Counted from the first letter of the stretch, positions 20,215 to 31,344 are shown. The stretch is 64,000 nucleotides of DNA from Myxococcota bacterium (GCA_965140415.1 OZ223209.1:4224001-4288000), one strand, 5' to 3'. Made by a program: numbers and translations. Notes: generated by a model from the letters alone, not told the origin.

Positions 20215-20404
20215 CGTTCATCAGCACATTTCACAACTTACCTGTTGCAACGATCAGCCTCTTCATACTCATCCGATGGAAATGAATCCATACTGACCGA
20301 TTCTTCCGGAATATTTTGCCTTTGCACATTACCTAACCCATGGTCGGCTTCATATTGGCCCGACATTCACGCGGTCGCTGTTTTATCGTCGAAGAGGAAA
20401 CATC

Positions 20405-21217
20405 ATGTCCTACAAGGTTTTGGATATTTACAAGGATCTGCCGAAAACCAACTGCAAGGATTGCGGCCTGTCCGGCTGTTTCCCGTTCGCAACCGCCGTA
20501 TACTTGCAGGAAGCTCAACTCGACGCCTGCCCGCATCTGGGAGAAAATTTCTCGATCATGCAGGCCAAATTGGCGGAAAGCCGCGATACCGGCAACGGCG
20601 TACGACCACCGAACTCGACCCAGGCTTTGAATTACCTGCTTACCGTCATGGAAACGCTGGACTTCGAACGGCAGGCAACACTGGCCGGATTTGAATACGA
20701 TTCCACCAAGGAAGAGGCCCGATTGACCTTTTTCGGTCGTCCCATTTCGATCTCACGAACGAAAGTCCAGGCATTGGATGGAAGCGACTTGCCGATCTGG
20801 GCTCACGTCTTTCTATTCATCCACCTGATCCAGACCAAAGGAACCCCCGCAAAAGGCGAATGGGTCGCGTTTAAGGAGCTACCAAATACCATCAGTAAAA
20901 CCCAGTCTTTCGACGATCACCTGGACAGGCTGTGTCGGCATTTCGAGAACGATCTGGAACGCCTGCAACAGGCCTCCCATGCCCTTGGAGGCAAGCCGGA
21001 AGATCATGGTTCGGCGGATTTCAGCTATCGATTCCATGCGTTACCCCATATCGACACCGTACTCCTCTACAGAAAAGGCGATGAGGATTTCGAACCCCAC
21101 GCATCACTGCTGCTCGACCGGGGCGTGCTGAACCACCTGGATCAGGAAGCGGCGGTCTTTTTAGCGGAAACTCAGGTCGACTTACTGATCGACTACAGCA
21201 AGCAAACTTCCAACTAG
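20405..21217 (+). CDS. Fe-S domain (LPxTNCxxCGxxxC) plus DUF3786-like domain protein
   Basis: LPKTNCKDCGLSGCFPFA...CPHL as in the CFeSP/RnfB-type FeS domain. C-terminal GEWVAFKELP...ALPHI...GDEDF pattern. Confidence 0.75.
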   Translation: MSYKVLDIYKDLPKTNCKDCGLSGCFPFATAVYLQEAQLDACPHLGENFSIMQAKLAESRDTGNGVRPPNSTQALNYLLTVMETLDFERQATLAGFEYDSTKEEARLTFFGRPISISRTKVQALDGSDLPIWAHVFLFIHLIQTKGTPAKGEWVAFKELPNTISKTQSFDDHLDRLCRHFENDLERLQQASHALGGKPEDHGSADFSYRFHALPHIDTVLLYRKGDEDFEPHASLLLDRGVLNHLDQEAAVFLAETQVDLLIDYSKQTSN

Positions 21218-21358
21218 GTACATCCGGTTTTGAACAAAAAACAGAGAATCTTCCCATCAGGTGAGCTTGACCTGAACAAAATAGCGCGGTACTCTTAGCG
21301 TCAGCTATGTACTCTGACGATTTCAGGTCGGAAACCGCTCATTCTCAGGAGATTAGTA

Positions 21359-22870
21359 ATGCGAAACGTTCCACTGCTCTTTCACTCTATACCTTTAACT
21401 TCTTCAGCTCACCCACACCGTTCGCGTTTTTGGGGCGCGATACTGCTATCGCTGCTCTTCATCATTGCGCTTTCCGCCTGTGGCTCGGATGACGATGACG
21501 GCCTACAGGGAGACAGCGACTGGGAATCGATCGGCGACGGCGACAGCGATAGCATCGAAGCCGAGGCCGAAGCCGCTATCGAACCAACCTCATTCTGGGT
21601 AGGTTACGGTGAACGGGATATCACCCCGCCGGATGGAACCGTCATGGGGGCCTTCGGTGCGCCGGGCGGCGCTCGCGTCACAGAGGGCGTTCACGATCCT
21701 CTGATGGTTCAGGTGGCTTTCTTCACAAACGACGCTAAACAAGCCATGTTCATCATCAGCATCGATTCCGCCGGTTATTCCTACGAGTTCGGCGACTGGG
21801 GACCGGGCGTCAAGGTGCTGCGCGAACGCATCGCAGAGGCGGTTGCCGACGACATCAAAATCGATCCGCATAACATCATGCTTGGCAGCAGCCACAGCCA
21901 CTCGTCTACCGATCTGGTCGGTTTCTGGCAACCGGTCGGTGAAGGCGTACCGCTGGACATCTTGAACGACGTACTGGAGAAAACTGTCGCCGCCAGTGTC
22001 GATGCCGTCAACAATCAGCAACCTGCGGAACTGTTCTACGCCCATACCGAACTGGTCGGTCATTCAGGTCGCGATGCAGATTGCAGCCCGGTTATCGACA
22101 ATTCCGTCAATATCCTGCAACCGCGAACGCTGGACGGCGAACCGATCGTCACCATCACCAATTACGCCAAGCATCCAACAGCGCTGGGTTCCGGAAACAA
22201 GCTCGCCTCTGCGGACTGGATTTGGGGCTATCGCGAGGAAATGAAGTTGCGTACGGGAGTCAGCGGCATGTTTTTACAGGGCGAAATCGCCGCCGTCCAT
22301 AGCGGACCGCTGTCCGGCACGGTTCCCGGAGATGATGCCTGGGAACGCGCATACAACATCGGTTCCATCCTTGCCGATTCGGTTATGGAAGCGTTGGGAG
22401 AAGCGGAAGTAAGCGACGAGTACGACATTCGCCATCGCTGGGCCAACTTCAGTTGCGAAACGGTCGATTCGATCATGAAGGATGTTTACACCATGCTCGA
22501 TATGCCCAAGCGCAACATCACACTTACCGCTGACAACCGTTACATCGTTGAAGAAATGGAAACGAGCTGGCATAAGCTGGGTATCGCCGAATTCGGTTGT
22601 CTACCAGGAGAAGGCTCCCCTGAATACTCGATTTTCCTGCGCGAGCGGATGATCAGTCCCTACAAATTCACCGTCGGTCTGTGCAACGACGAAATCGGCT
22701 ACATCGTCGAGCCGGAGTCATTGGCCAACGACACTTCCGGACAACTGGAAGGCTACGAGTCGAAAATGGGAGTCGGCATGAAATCCGGTCCTGCGATGTG
22801 GGAAGCGCTCGAATCGCTGAACTGTTTCAATGGTGCATGGCAAGACACGGTCTTCACTCCCAACCCATAA
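21359..22870 (+). CDS. Lipoprotein with neutral ceramidase-like hydrolase domain
   Basis: Lipobox ALSAC and acidic linker, then DITPP...GVHDPL...SHSHS...NYAKHPT...PGE...N-GYI motifs. Start uncertain. Confidence 0.65.
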   Translation: MRNVPLLFHSIPLTSSAHPHRSRFWGAILLSLLFIIALSACGSDDDDGLQGDSDWESIGDGDSDSIEAEAEAAIEPTSFWVGYGERDITPPDGTVMGAFGAPGGARVTEGVHDPLMVQVAFFTNDAKQAMFIISIDSAGYSYEFGDWGPGVKVLRERIAEAVADDIKIDPHNIMLGSSHSHSSTDLVGFWQPVGEGVPLDILNDVLEKTVAASVDAVNNQQPAELFYAHTELVGHSGRDADCSPVIDNSVNILQPRTLDGEPIVTITNYAKHPTALGSGNKLASADWIWGYREEMKLRTGVSGMFLQGEIAAVHSGPLSGTVPGDDAWERAYNIGSILADSVMEALGEAEVSDEYDIRHRWANFSCETVDSIMKDVYTMLDMPKRNITLTADNRYIVEEMETSWHKLGIAEFGCLPGEGSPEYSIFLRERMISPYKFTVGLCNDEIGYIVEPESLANDTSGQLEGYESKMGVGMKSGPAMWEALESLNCFNGAWQDTVFTPNP

Positions 22871-23214
22871 AAGGAAAATGCCACAGCGGAAAACCCGACG
22901 CGGCAAGCAACTGTGAAATCCTCATGCGGCCCACCTGTCACATCAGGCGGGCCGTTTCTTTTGAGTAAGTATTACTCATTCCTGTCCATCGAGCAATCAG
23001 GATGTGGCATGGTCTCACGGAATGGAAATTCCGGGAGGCCGTGTGTAACCACAAGAAAACACGTAGCCTTGACGGCTGCGCGCGCCTCGGTACAAGCCAC
23101 AGATGATGCGTGGCAGGTGGCGGAAGGCGGAAGGGAAGCCCTTCTTTGATGGTGGGCCTTGTGGATTTTCGCCGGTCCGTTCTACTCCCCGATTTTGGGA
23201 TTAGAACCTATTTT

Positions 23215-25137
23215 TTAATACTTAGTCACCAGAATGCTGTAATCCCCAAGGGCGCTGGTCATTTCCACGGCGAAATAATAATTCCCGGCGTTGGGTGCGG
23301 TTATGGTCAATTCCTCATCACCGGTAAACAGCACCGTCCCCGCCGCAGCCTGACAGAACGTGAAATTGTTCCCGCATTGATCGCGCACGGTGAGATAAGG
23401 ATCGAACATCACACCGAAATCGGTATTGACTTCGATCTTGAACGTATCCCCTGCCTCCGCCGTAACCTGATACACACGCTCGTAGGCTCCGTCTTGCGGA
23501 GTTACGGGGCCCATTTGCTGGCATCCGGTCGTCGACAAGCTATTGCCGGCGCCGAACATCAACCAGACGTGATAAAACGGGAACGAATCAATCACGATGG
23601 GATCGGAGCAGGTACCGCTATAGGTGTCGTAGTTGTCGCACTTGCACTTGAAGCGGTTGTTCGAAGAATCGTTGGAATCGGTATACCAGCCGCATTCGTC
23701 CAGATAAGGATAGCCCTCTTCCTCGCAATATTCGGCGCAATCCACGATTTCGGCCTGGTCATTGTCATTACAGGCGCAGAGGAAATCCGTACTGTTGATG
23801 CAGAACTGGGAATCGGGATAGGTACAGGAACCCGAGCATAAGCTGCTGCCGGGCCAGCAACGCCCGGTGCTGTTATTGCAATCGAAGCCGGTATCACAGC
23901 CATCGACCAGGCAATGCCCACTACCCGGCTCGCACAGTCCACTCTGGCTGTCGCAGGCATACAAGTCATCGCAGCCGGTGTTTTGGCAATGCGTACTGTC
24001 CGGATCGCATAAGCCGGTTTCCTGATTGCATTCAAAACGCACGGGGCATCCCAACGTGGCACAATGATTCGAGGCAGGCTCGCACAACCCCGAAACCGTG
24101 TTACAGTCGAAACGCGGTGCGCAACCGGCATTGCTGCAATGATCGATATCCGGAATGCACAAGCCGCTTTGCTCCTCGCAGGCGTAGCGATCGTCGCACA
24201 GCGTGTTCAGGCAATGCTCCGCAGAAGGATCGCAAACGCCGGTTTGATCGTTGCAATCAAAACGGTCCGGGCAACCGGTTTCGCTGCAATTGTCGGATGA
24301 CGGCTCGCACAGACCGGAGAGTTCGTTGCATTCGAAGAACGCCGAGCAGGGATCGTTTAGACAATGGTCCGAACCGGGACCGCATAATCCGGTAGTTTCC
24401 ACACAGCTATAGCGATCCTGACAACCGGTGTTCGAGCAATGCTCCGCATCGGGGTCGCAGATTCCGGTTTGTTCGTTACATTGAAAACGCTCACCACATC
24501 CGGTGTTCAGGCAATGATCTTCGATCAGTTCACAGGTTCCTTTTTCCTCATCGCAGGCGGAACCCGCATCACAGCCGGTAGTCAGACAATGGGTGTCATC
24601 CGGCTCGCAATGACCGTTATCGGTATTGCACTCATAGTGATCGTCGCATTCGGCAATCAGGCAATCCTCAATAACCAGATCGCCGTCCGTCTCCCCGTCG
24701 CCATCCGTTGTCGGAAGCTTGCAACAACCGTAGGAACAGACGTAGCCGTCGAATCCTTTGGCCGGACAATCCGAATGCATGCTACAAGTCTGATCATCCG
24801 GACACACCGTATTCTGGTTGCCGGAAGAATCGCCATCGGAATCACCATCCGACGCGAATTCTTCGCAATAGCCGGTGTTTGTATTGCAATACTGCAACGG
24901 TGGGCAATCCATATTGGAGGTGCAGGCCACCGCCACGACCGCAGGCGCTTTGCAGAAATAATCCACACAGGTCTCCCCGGCAGCCGTGTTGCAGTCGTTA
25001 TCGGTAAAACAGGCAACGGCATCGCCATCCACCGGATCGTTATTCTGATCCGTCTCCGAATCGCGGCAGGCGCTCAACAGACCAAACAGAACAACAAGAG
25101 CCAATCCAACCATCCATACTTTCGATCGGGACATCAC
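23215..25137 (-). CDS. Cys-rich repeat lipoprotein with C-terminal PPC-like beta-sandwich
   Basis: Lipobox LLSAC, DGD linkers and 11 four-Cys repeats. C-terminus FDPYLTVR...AGNYYFAVE...GDYSI. Confidence 0.8.
   Translation of the reverse strand: MMSRSKVWMVGLALVVLFGLLSACRDSETDQNNDPVDGDAVACFTDNDCNTAAGETCVDYFCKAPAVVAVACTSNMDCPPLQYCNTNTGYCEEFASDGDSDGDSSGNQNTVCPDDQTCSMHSDCPAKGFDGYVCSYGCCKLPTTDGDGETDGDLVIEDCLIAECDDHYECNTDNGHCEPDDTHCLTTGCDAGSACDEEKGTCELIEDHCLNTGCGERFQCNEQTGICDPDAEHCSNTGCQDRYSCVETTGLCGPGSDHCLNDPCSAFFECNELSGLCEPSSDNCSETGCPDRFDCNDQTGVCDPSAEHCLNTLCDDRYACEEQSGLCIPDIDHCSNAGCAPRFDCNTVSGLCEPASNHCATLGCPVRFECNQETGLCDPDSTHCQNTGCDDLYACDSQSGLCEPGSGHCLVDGCDTGFDCNNSTGRCWPGSSLCSGSCTYPDSQFCINSTDFLCACNDNDQAEIVDCAEYCEEEGYPYLDECGWYTDSNDSSNNRFKCKCDNYDTYSGTCSDPIVIDSFPFYHVWLMFGAGNSLSTTGCQQMGPVTPQDGAYERVYQVTAEAGDTFKIEVNTDFGVMFDPYLTVRDQCGNNFTFCQAAAGTVLFTGDEELTITAPNAGNYYFAVEMTSALGDYSILVTKY
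23839..24663 (-). repeat. 11 x 75-bp (25-aa) intragenic Cys repeats, C-x4-C-x5-C-x6-C-x6
   Basis: Units such as CLNTGCGERFQCNEQTGICDPDAEH and CSNTGCQDRYSCVETTGLCGPGSDH, with a constant 25-aa period. Confidence 0.9.
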
Positions 25138-25344
25138 TACTTCCTTTTCAAACTGGCGCTAAACATGAACTCCTTATACTACAAACAGGACGTAAATGAA
25201 AACAAGCGAAAAATTAACTCCAGTCAAATTTACAGCATGCTTCTCGAAGGGCTTCTACTCCCATAAATTGAATGTAATATAGTGATTGATGTGCTATGCT
25301 ACTGCCCCAGAGCATCGGAGGCATTCAATTTTGGAGGTGCGCTC

Positions 25345-26364
25345 ATGCGCAAATCTTTTATTCTTCTTCTTCTTCTCCTTTTCCTTTTTTCCATTTCGCT
25401 GGTCACATCGACCGGCTGTAACCGTTTGATCAAAGATGATGATGTATATGCCGGCGATCCCGACCTGGAAGCGGAAACGGAAGCGGATTCCGATTCCACA
25501 GATGGCGACGAAGACGTTCCTGTCGTCGTAATCGATGGCGATGAAGAACATCAACTCGTGCGCATCGCCACCTACAACGTGCGCCGCTTCTTCGATACCG
25601 TTTGCGACAGCGGCTCCTGCGGCTACAACGAATACGAGCCCAATGTCTCCCAGCAACAGTTCGATAACAAGGCGGATTCTATTGAGTCTTCGATCGAGCG
25701 CATCGGAGCGGATATTCTGTTGTTGCAGGAAATCGAAACGGAAACCTGTTTGAATGCCCTTACGCAACGCCTTGGTGACCGCTACCCGGTAGCGTATCTT
25801 GGCGAAACCGGATACAACGCCTCGGTGGATGTCGCCGTTTTGGCCAAAGGGGAATTGCTGAACGTTTATACGCATCGCGAACAGCCGCTAGTTACCGATG
25901 GCACGGAAACGCTCTACTTCTCGCGGGAATTTCCAGAAATTCACCTGGCATTGTATGGCAAACGAGTAATCGTCTTTCCTGCTCATTTCAAATCCAAAAG
26001 CAGCGACGATCCCCAACGACGGCTTGCAGAAGCGCGCACGGCAGAGCAGATCGTCAGCGACGTGGCGGCCAGTCATACAAGCTCCCTGGTTGTCATGGGT
26101 GGAGACTTGAATGACACTCCCGGTTCCGATCCATTAAACGCATTGGAAGCAGGGGGAAAGCTGCTGCGCGTCGCCTCCGATCTGCTTACAGGCGAAGATG
26201 CCACCTATTACTACGATGGGCCGATCGCCCTGGATCATCTCTATCTGGCAACGGAAGCCGGGGGCGCTTACGTCTCTAAAAGCGCATACGTCGTATCGGA
26301 TGATTACTACTCGCTGGGGGATTCGGATCACGCCGCCTTGCGGGCGGATTTCTTACTTCCGTAA
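25345..26364 (+). CDS. Endonuclease/exonuclease/phosphatase family lipoprotein
   Basis: RIATYNV, LLQEIE, HFKSK, MGGDLND, LDHLY and SDH motifs; signal peptide ending TGC; GGAGG RBS. Confidence 0.88.
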   Translation: MRKSFILLLLLLFLFSISLVTSTGCNRLIKDDDVYAGDPDLEAETEADSDSTDGDEDVPVVVIDGDEEHQLVRIATYNVRRFFDTVCDSGSCGYNEYEPNVSQQQFDNKADSIESSIERIGADILLLQEIETETCLNALTQRLGDRYPVAYLGETGYNASVDVAVLAKGELLNVYTHREQPLVTDGTETLYFSREFPEIHLALYGKRVIVFPAHFKSKSSDDPQRRLAEARTAEQIVSDVAASHTSSLVVMGGDLNDTPGSDPLNALEAGGKLLRVASDLLTGEDATYYYDGPIALDHLYLATEAGGAYVSKSAYVVSDDYYSLGDSDHAALRADFLLP

Positions 26365-26512
26365 AAAGAGAAAAACCTGTCTTTTATATAAGTGCTTATT
26401 TGACTTCTGTATTCTTCTTTGAAGCGGCGAGGTGTAAACCCGCCGAAAAACATCGAAGTAACGGTGGGGTTACAACGAAAATCAACTGGCAAATTTGCTT
26501 AGTCAGTCTAAC

Positions 26513-28873
26513 TCAATTTCGTCCGAATGAACGCAGGCTTAACGCCGCCACCGCATAGCAAATCGCGGCCAGAATCAACACCATCTGAAAACCGACGCCC
26601 ATTGCCACTACAACCGCCAGAATCGAGGCGGTGACGGAACCGACGCCGTTCCAAGCCCAGTACATGCCCAGTTCCTGCTCGCCGCCATTGTTCAGCCTGC
26701 GAACCGCCTCGGGGAAGGCAACACCCATCAATACGGCAGCCGGAGCGATCAACAGCACGGCAATGGCCATGCGGGCCACCGCAGGCCAGGCGATCAGCGC
26801 CCGCAAAAACGGCGTCCCGAACGCCGCCCACAGCAGCAGGTATCCAACTAGAATCAACAGCACGGTCGGCACGGAAACCACACTGCGAATGCGTTCCACC
26901 AATAGCGAACCCAACCCACTGAACACCAGCACGGTAAACATGACGATACTCAACGCATAGGCGGGATGACCCAGGAACAAGACCAGCCGCTGGGAGAACG
27001 TCACTTCCACCAGCATGAATCCCAGTCCGATGGCCAGGAAATACAGCCAGCCGCCCAGTTGCGGACGCCCTTTCTGGAAGCGGAAGGACAGCACAAGCAG
27101 AATCACAGACGCCAGCAGCATTTCCATCAACAGCATGGCCAGAATCGTCTGACCGTCCAGGCCGTTGCCCCATCCGGTCAGGAAAGGCTGAAATTTGTAG
27201 AGGTTCTTCAGCTTGCGATGCTCGAAAAAGAAGGGGTTGTCATCCGTGGGTGCCGCGACATTGAACTCGTAGGCATCCAGCCAGCTCTTGCGATCCTTGG
27301 ATTCCAGATAGCTGGCATAGGGAGCCGCAGCCGGAATATCCTTGCCCGCCTGATAAAGGTAGGCATAGTTTTTATTCTTCACTTGCCGGTCGATGCGCGC
27401 CAGCTGCGTCACTTTAAACGGGGTTTTCTTGATCAGGATTACGGTAAATTCACCGGAACGCACGAAAAGAATGTGCTTCGCGGGATCTTTCACACCCAGT
27501 TTGGTCAACGCGTCCACCGCCAGGGTAAACAGGCGCATCGAAAAACGCGGCGTACCGTCTTTGCTGGGCCAGTACCAACGGGTAAGCGTCAACACCCCTT
27601 CCGGGTTCAAATGCTCGAAATAAGACTGAATCGCCTCGCCGGTGTACAGAAAATTTTCGGACAGCGCAAACGCACCGGCCTGGGTAGCGCTGTAGGTATC
27701 CACGCCGGAAAGCTGTACGATATCGTATTTGCGATTGCAGGACTCGACGAACCGACGCCCCTCGGCCAAGTGTCCATGGACGTTGGGCTGCGTATAAACA
27801 TTGCCGGAATACGCAGCCAAAGGACCGTGAAGCGCTTCGAAAATGCCGGGATTGATTTCGACCGCATCCACATAGCTTGCCCGATTGCGCAACGCGCCCC
27901 GAATGTCCATGCCGCCGCCGGACCCGATAATCAGCACCGAGGGTGTATCGAACAACGTGTACACCAGATACGCAGGCAGATAGTCGAGGAAGTCATAGTA
28001 ACCGGCATCCGGCTTGTCTTTGATGATGGTGGTGTAGGCCCAGTAATCGATCAGCACTGCCAGTCGTTCGGGATGAGGCCGGGAATACTTCGATGACAAC
28101 CCCCAAAGCCCCACGCCGTAATTATGCCAGATGTAGTTTTCGATGATATCGACTTTGGACAGGCTGGTCCATTCCGTATAAACCAGGTTTTCCTCGCCAC
28201 CGGCATAAGCGCTGGGTTTACTGAGCGGACTTTTCAGCGGGTACACGCTTTTCTGCAAGGGCAATGCCGCCAGCAGCAGAAGCGCCAAAAGCAGCGACGC
28301 CAGTGAAATCTTGCGCGCCATCGGCCAGCCGTACCAGAAACCGAGCAGAGGCAAAGCCGCGCTAAGCAGAATGAACGTACTCAGTCCACCACCCAGATCC
28401 AACAAACCGATCGCGACCAAACAGCCAAGACCGCTTCCCAGCAGGTTGGCGCCATATAGGCGGCGCACGTCACCCGGCCAGCGTTGCAACATATACAGAG
28501 TCGTCATCCCCATGAACACGAAAGGGATCACCAGCGCAACCGAAGCCAATATCAACTTGGCGGCCTCGCTGAAATTCTCCGTAATCACCAACGGCTCAAG
28601 CGGATGATGCGTAATGATGCCCATCGCAACCGCCAGGGCCAATCCACTGGTGGAAACACCCAGCGCAATCAATCGATCCGGTTCGGCGCGTTGAATGCTA
28701 GTGCGGAAAATGCGCATCAGCACCCCGGCAAGCCCAAAGCCCAGCATGGATGTAGAAAGAATCAGGAATCCGTAATGATACCAGAAGATCACGCTGAAAA
28801 TGCGCGTGATGGCGATTTCGCTGGCCAGCACGGCACAGGAAAACAGGGCTATGAGGATAATGCGTCGGTTCAT
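26513..28873 (-). CDS. Multi-pass membrane protein with central spermidine-synthase-like SAM-binding domain
   Basis: N- and C-terminal TM bundles flank VLIIGSGGGMD...AVEINP...EGRRFV...YDIV; PTDDNPFF motif. Confidence 0.8.
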   Translation of the reverse strand: MNRRIILIALFSCAVLASEIAITRIFSVIFWYHYGFLILSTSMLGFGLAGVLMRIFRTSIQRAEPDRLIALGVSTSGLALAVAMGIITHHPLEPLVITENFSEAAKLILASVALVIPFVFMGMTTLYMLQRWPGDVRRLYGANLLGSGLGCLVAIGLLDLGGGLSTFILLSAALPLLGFWYGWPMARKISLASLLLALLLLAALPLQKSVYPLKSPLSKPSAYAGGEENLVYTEWTSLSKVDIIENYIWHNYGVGLWGLSSKYSRPHPERLAVLIDYWAYTTIIKDKPDAGYYDFLDYLPAYLVYTLFDTPSVLIIGSGGGMDIRGALRNRASYVDAVEINPGIFEALHGPLAAYSGNVYTQPNVHGHLAEGRRFVESCNRKYDIVQLSGVDTYSATQAGAFALSENFLYTGEAIQSYFEHLNPEGVLTLTRWYWPSKDGTPRFSMRLFTLAVDALTKLGVKDPAKHILFVRSGEFTVILIKKTPFKVTQLARIDRQVKNKNYAYLYQAGKDIPAAAPYASYLESKDRKSWLDAYEFNVAAPTDDNPFFFEHRKLKNLYKFQPFLTGWGNGLDGQTILAMLLMEMLLASVILLVLSFRFQKGRPQLGGWLYFLAIGLGFMLVEVTFSQRLVLFLGHPAYALSIVMFTVLVFSGLGSLLVERIRSVVSVPTVLLILVGYLLLWAAFGTPFLRALIAWPAVARMAIAVLLIAPAAVLMGVAFPEAVRRLNNGGEQELGMYWAWNGVGSVTASILAVVVAMGVGFQMVLILAAICYAVAALSLRSFGRN

Positions 28874-28935
28874 CGATTTTGTGACTTTCTTTCCATTCCA
28901 ATCCTAGGGCCGCACCTGCCGCACCCGAAAGAAAC

Positions 28936-29784
28936 TTAATTCTTTTCTTTGTTGTCCACAGAAGGATCGTACACATCCGGCGGCAGTTCGCCGGTCAATC
29001 GTCCCCTGTCTTTATAGGCAAAGCCCAAAATGATAAGCCCGAACAGGAAAAACGGAATGCTGAGATACTGACCCATGGTGAGCGGGGAATTGTAGCTGAG
29101 TGTCTGGTACTCTTTGAAGAATTCGACGAAGAAACGACCGGAGAAGTAAAGCACCAATAGCAAGCCGATCAGCAACCCGCGCGGTCTTCTGTTGCCGAGT
29201 TTGTGATCGACGATATACAGCACGCCCAGGATAATCAATCCCATGGCGGCTTCGTATAGTTGCGACGGATGCCGGGCCAGTCTGCCGCCATCCCAACTGC
29301 GCGGAAACACCACCGCCCAGGGCAGATCGCTAGGGCGTCCGACGATCTCGGAGTTGAAGAAGTTTCCAATGCGCACGAACGTCGCGGCACACGCAGCAGT
29401 ATAGGAAGCGCCATCGGCCACGACCATCCAGGGAATACGCTTGGCAAAAGCGTAAGCGGTCACACCGAGAATAATACCGATCGTCCCGCCGTGACTGGCC
29501 AGTCCGCCCTTCCAGATATACAGAATTTCCATGGGGTTTGAGAGATAGCGCATGGGTTCGTAAAACAGGCAATGCCCCACGCGCGCACCGATAATCCCGA
29601 AAATCGTAAGCCAGTAGAAATATCCGTAGATTTTCTCTTCCGGATACTGTTTGCGCTGCATGAAATCTTTCCAGAAATGGAAACTGGTCAACAGCACTAC
29701 GGCAAACAGGATTCCGTAATAACGAATCTGTATCGGTCCCCAACGAAAAATAGTTGGATCGATATCCCATACCCAATGATCCAT
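28936..29784 (-). CDS. lgt: Prolipoprotein diacylglyceryl transferase
   Basis: IRYYG, GARVGH, GGLASHGG, RIGNFFNSEIVGR, RHPSQLYE and RFFVEF. Confidence 0.95.
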   Translation of the reverse strand: MDHWVWDIDPTIFRWGPIQIRYYGILFAVVLLTSFHFWKDFMQRKQYPEEKIYGYFYWLTIFGIIGARVGHCLFYEPMRYLSNPMEILYIWKGGLASHGGTIGIILGVTAYAFAKRIPWMVVADGASYTAACAATFVRIGNFFNSEIVGRPSDLPWAVVFPRSWDGGRLARHPSQLYEAAMGLIILGVLYIVDHKLGNRRPRGLLIGLLLVLYFSGRFFVEFFKEYQTLSYNSPLTMGQYLSIPFFLFGLIILGFAYKDRGRLTGELPPDVYDPSVDNKEKN

Positions 29785-29829
29785 GAAATGGCTCTCCTTG
29801 CTATCACATTACGACGATGCGGACCGGCA

Positions 29830-30501
29830 TCAGGCGTCGTCTTCGAAATCGTCGGTCAGGCTCGAAATGTAGCGTTTGACATCTTGCTTGTTTTTTCGCG
29901 AATCGTATCGCAGTTCCACACCGAATCCCGGTGGATCGGCGGTTGCATCCGACCAGATCACGTTTCCTTCCAGCACCATGGGACGAAGGAATTGCGTGTC
30001 ATTCAGAAAGAAAATCAGCGGCTGCCCTTCTTCAAGCATGTGCTTGCTGCGAAAATGAACTCCCTTTGTGGACAGGTTGGCCACCGAAGCCTTGACAAGT
30101 TCATCTTTATATAAGTATTCGCAACCCAGCGACACCTTGACCCGGCGCTCTTCGCGATCGTCTCGGACGTGCATCAGACCATCTTGTTTTTCCACAACGA
30201 AGCGCAGCAAATCGGTAAGCGTTTTCTTTGAAGAAGAACGGAACTCGAAGCCGATTCCCGGTGGAAAGCTCGGCTTCATCGGCGGACTTGATTTGCGCCA
30301 GACCACGTTGGCATCCAGTTCAAAGGGCTCAGTATGGCCGACGAAACTAAAACGCACCGTAACCTGATTCTCCAGTTGAACGTTGTTTCCAACGACCCAC
30401 TGAAAACCGCCGATACCGACATCGGGCAGATAGTATTTCAGGAAATCCTGTCGATGCAGAAAGCGAATTTTGACCATTCTCTTGTTAAGAACTTTTGGCA
30501 T
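29830..30501 (-). CDS. Tandem PilZ-domain protein
   Basis: Two domains ending ANVVW..GIGFEF and GNVIW..GFGVEL. The second has REERR and NLSTKG c-di-GMP motifs. Confidence 0.8.
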   Translation of the reverse strand: MPKVLNKRMVKIRFLHRQDFLKYYLPDVGIGGFQWVVGNNVQLENQVTVRFSFVGHTEPFELDANVVWRKSSPPMKPSFPPGIGFEFRSSSKKTLTDLLRFVVEKQDGLMHVRDDREERRVKVSLGCEYLYKDELVKASVANLSTKGVHFRSKHMLEEGQPLIFFLNDTQFLRPMVLEGNVIWSDATADPPGFGVELRYDSRKNKQDVKRYISSLTDDFEDDA

Positions 30502-30615
30502 GATACTAAACTCTCTCGCTTCAAATACAACAGGCTGAAAGTATAGTCCCGATAGTGCTTTTTTTCAACCGTCCTGTTGACCTGTCAACAGATAACACTG
30601 AACTCCTAGCTCGAT

Positions 30616-31344
30616 TTATCCTACCTTCGGCAGCAATCGCATCGAATCGATGACCTCGGGGTCGTCTTCATCGATCACACGAATCGCTTCCATATTGGCT
30701 CGTCCCTTCATTTCGCTGAAGATTCCACGCTTTTTATGGAATGTCTTCGCGAATTCCATAGCGGCTTCGTTTACCCCCTCAACACCCTCTACGGTTTGGA
30801 TAATGCCTCCGGCAGCACACAGTTCCGGACCACCAACGCGCTTCCCGCATAGTGTCATTTCATACAGCTTGGAATAGGGAATGGCGCGCTTGACAATAGC
30901 CCACATTCCCGGCATGAACGGAATGCTGATATCCACTTCCGGGAAACAGAAGAAACCGCGATCCGAACGCATCAGGCGAAAATCGCAGGCACAGGCCATA
31001 ATCGCACCATCACCAAAGGCATGTCCTGAGATGGCTGCAATAATCGGAACCGGGAATATCAGCAGGCGCTTGAACAGATCGTCCAGTCGATACAGAAACT
31101 GCTTGACTTCACCATGCCTGGAAGAATCACCTAAAATCGGAATCATCCACTCCAGATCGATCCCCAAAGACCAGTTCTTTTGATCGCTGGAAGTTAAAAC
31201 CACCGCTTCAATTTCGGAATCGGCTTCGATCTCATCAAAAGCCGTCAGTATTTCTTCCAGAAATTCGGGATTATGCCGGTTTTCCGCCTGATCCATCACA
31301 AGTCGAGCTACGCTACCTTCTTTTTCCCAGAACACGATCGCCAT
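30616..31344 (-). CDS. Enoyl-CoA hydratase/isomerase family protein
   Basis: WSLGIDL, AAISGHAFGDG, ACDFRLMRSDRGFFCFPEVDI (delta-isomerase-like). Confidence 0.88.
   Translation of the reverse strand: MAIVFWEKEGSVARLVMDQAENRHNPEFLEEILTAFDEIEADSEIEAVVLTSSDQKNWSLGIDLEWMIPILGDSSRHGEVKQFLYRLDDLFKRLLIFPVPIIAAISGHAFGDGAIMACACDFRLMRSDRGFFCFPEVDISIPFMPGMWAIVKRAIPYSKLYEMTLCGKRVGGPELCAAGGIIQTVEGVEGVNEAAMEFAKTFHKKRGIFSEMKGRANMEAIRVIDEDDPEVIDSMRLLPKVG

Noticed and set aside
22875-23210. Several weak hairpins between convergent lipoprotein genes (also at 7400-7610 and 26420-26480)
   Set aside because: Compatible with terminators or decayed REP remnants; no RNA family or repeat unit could be supported.
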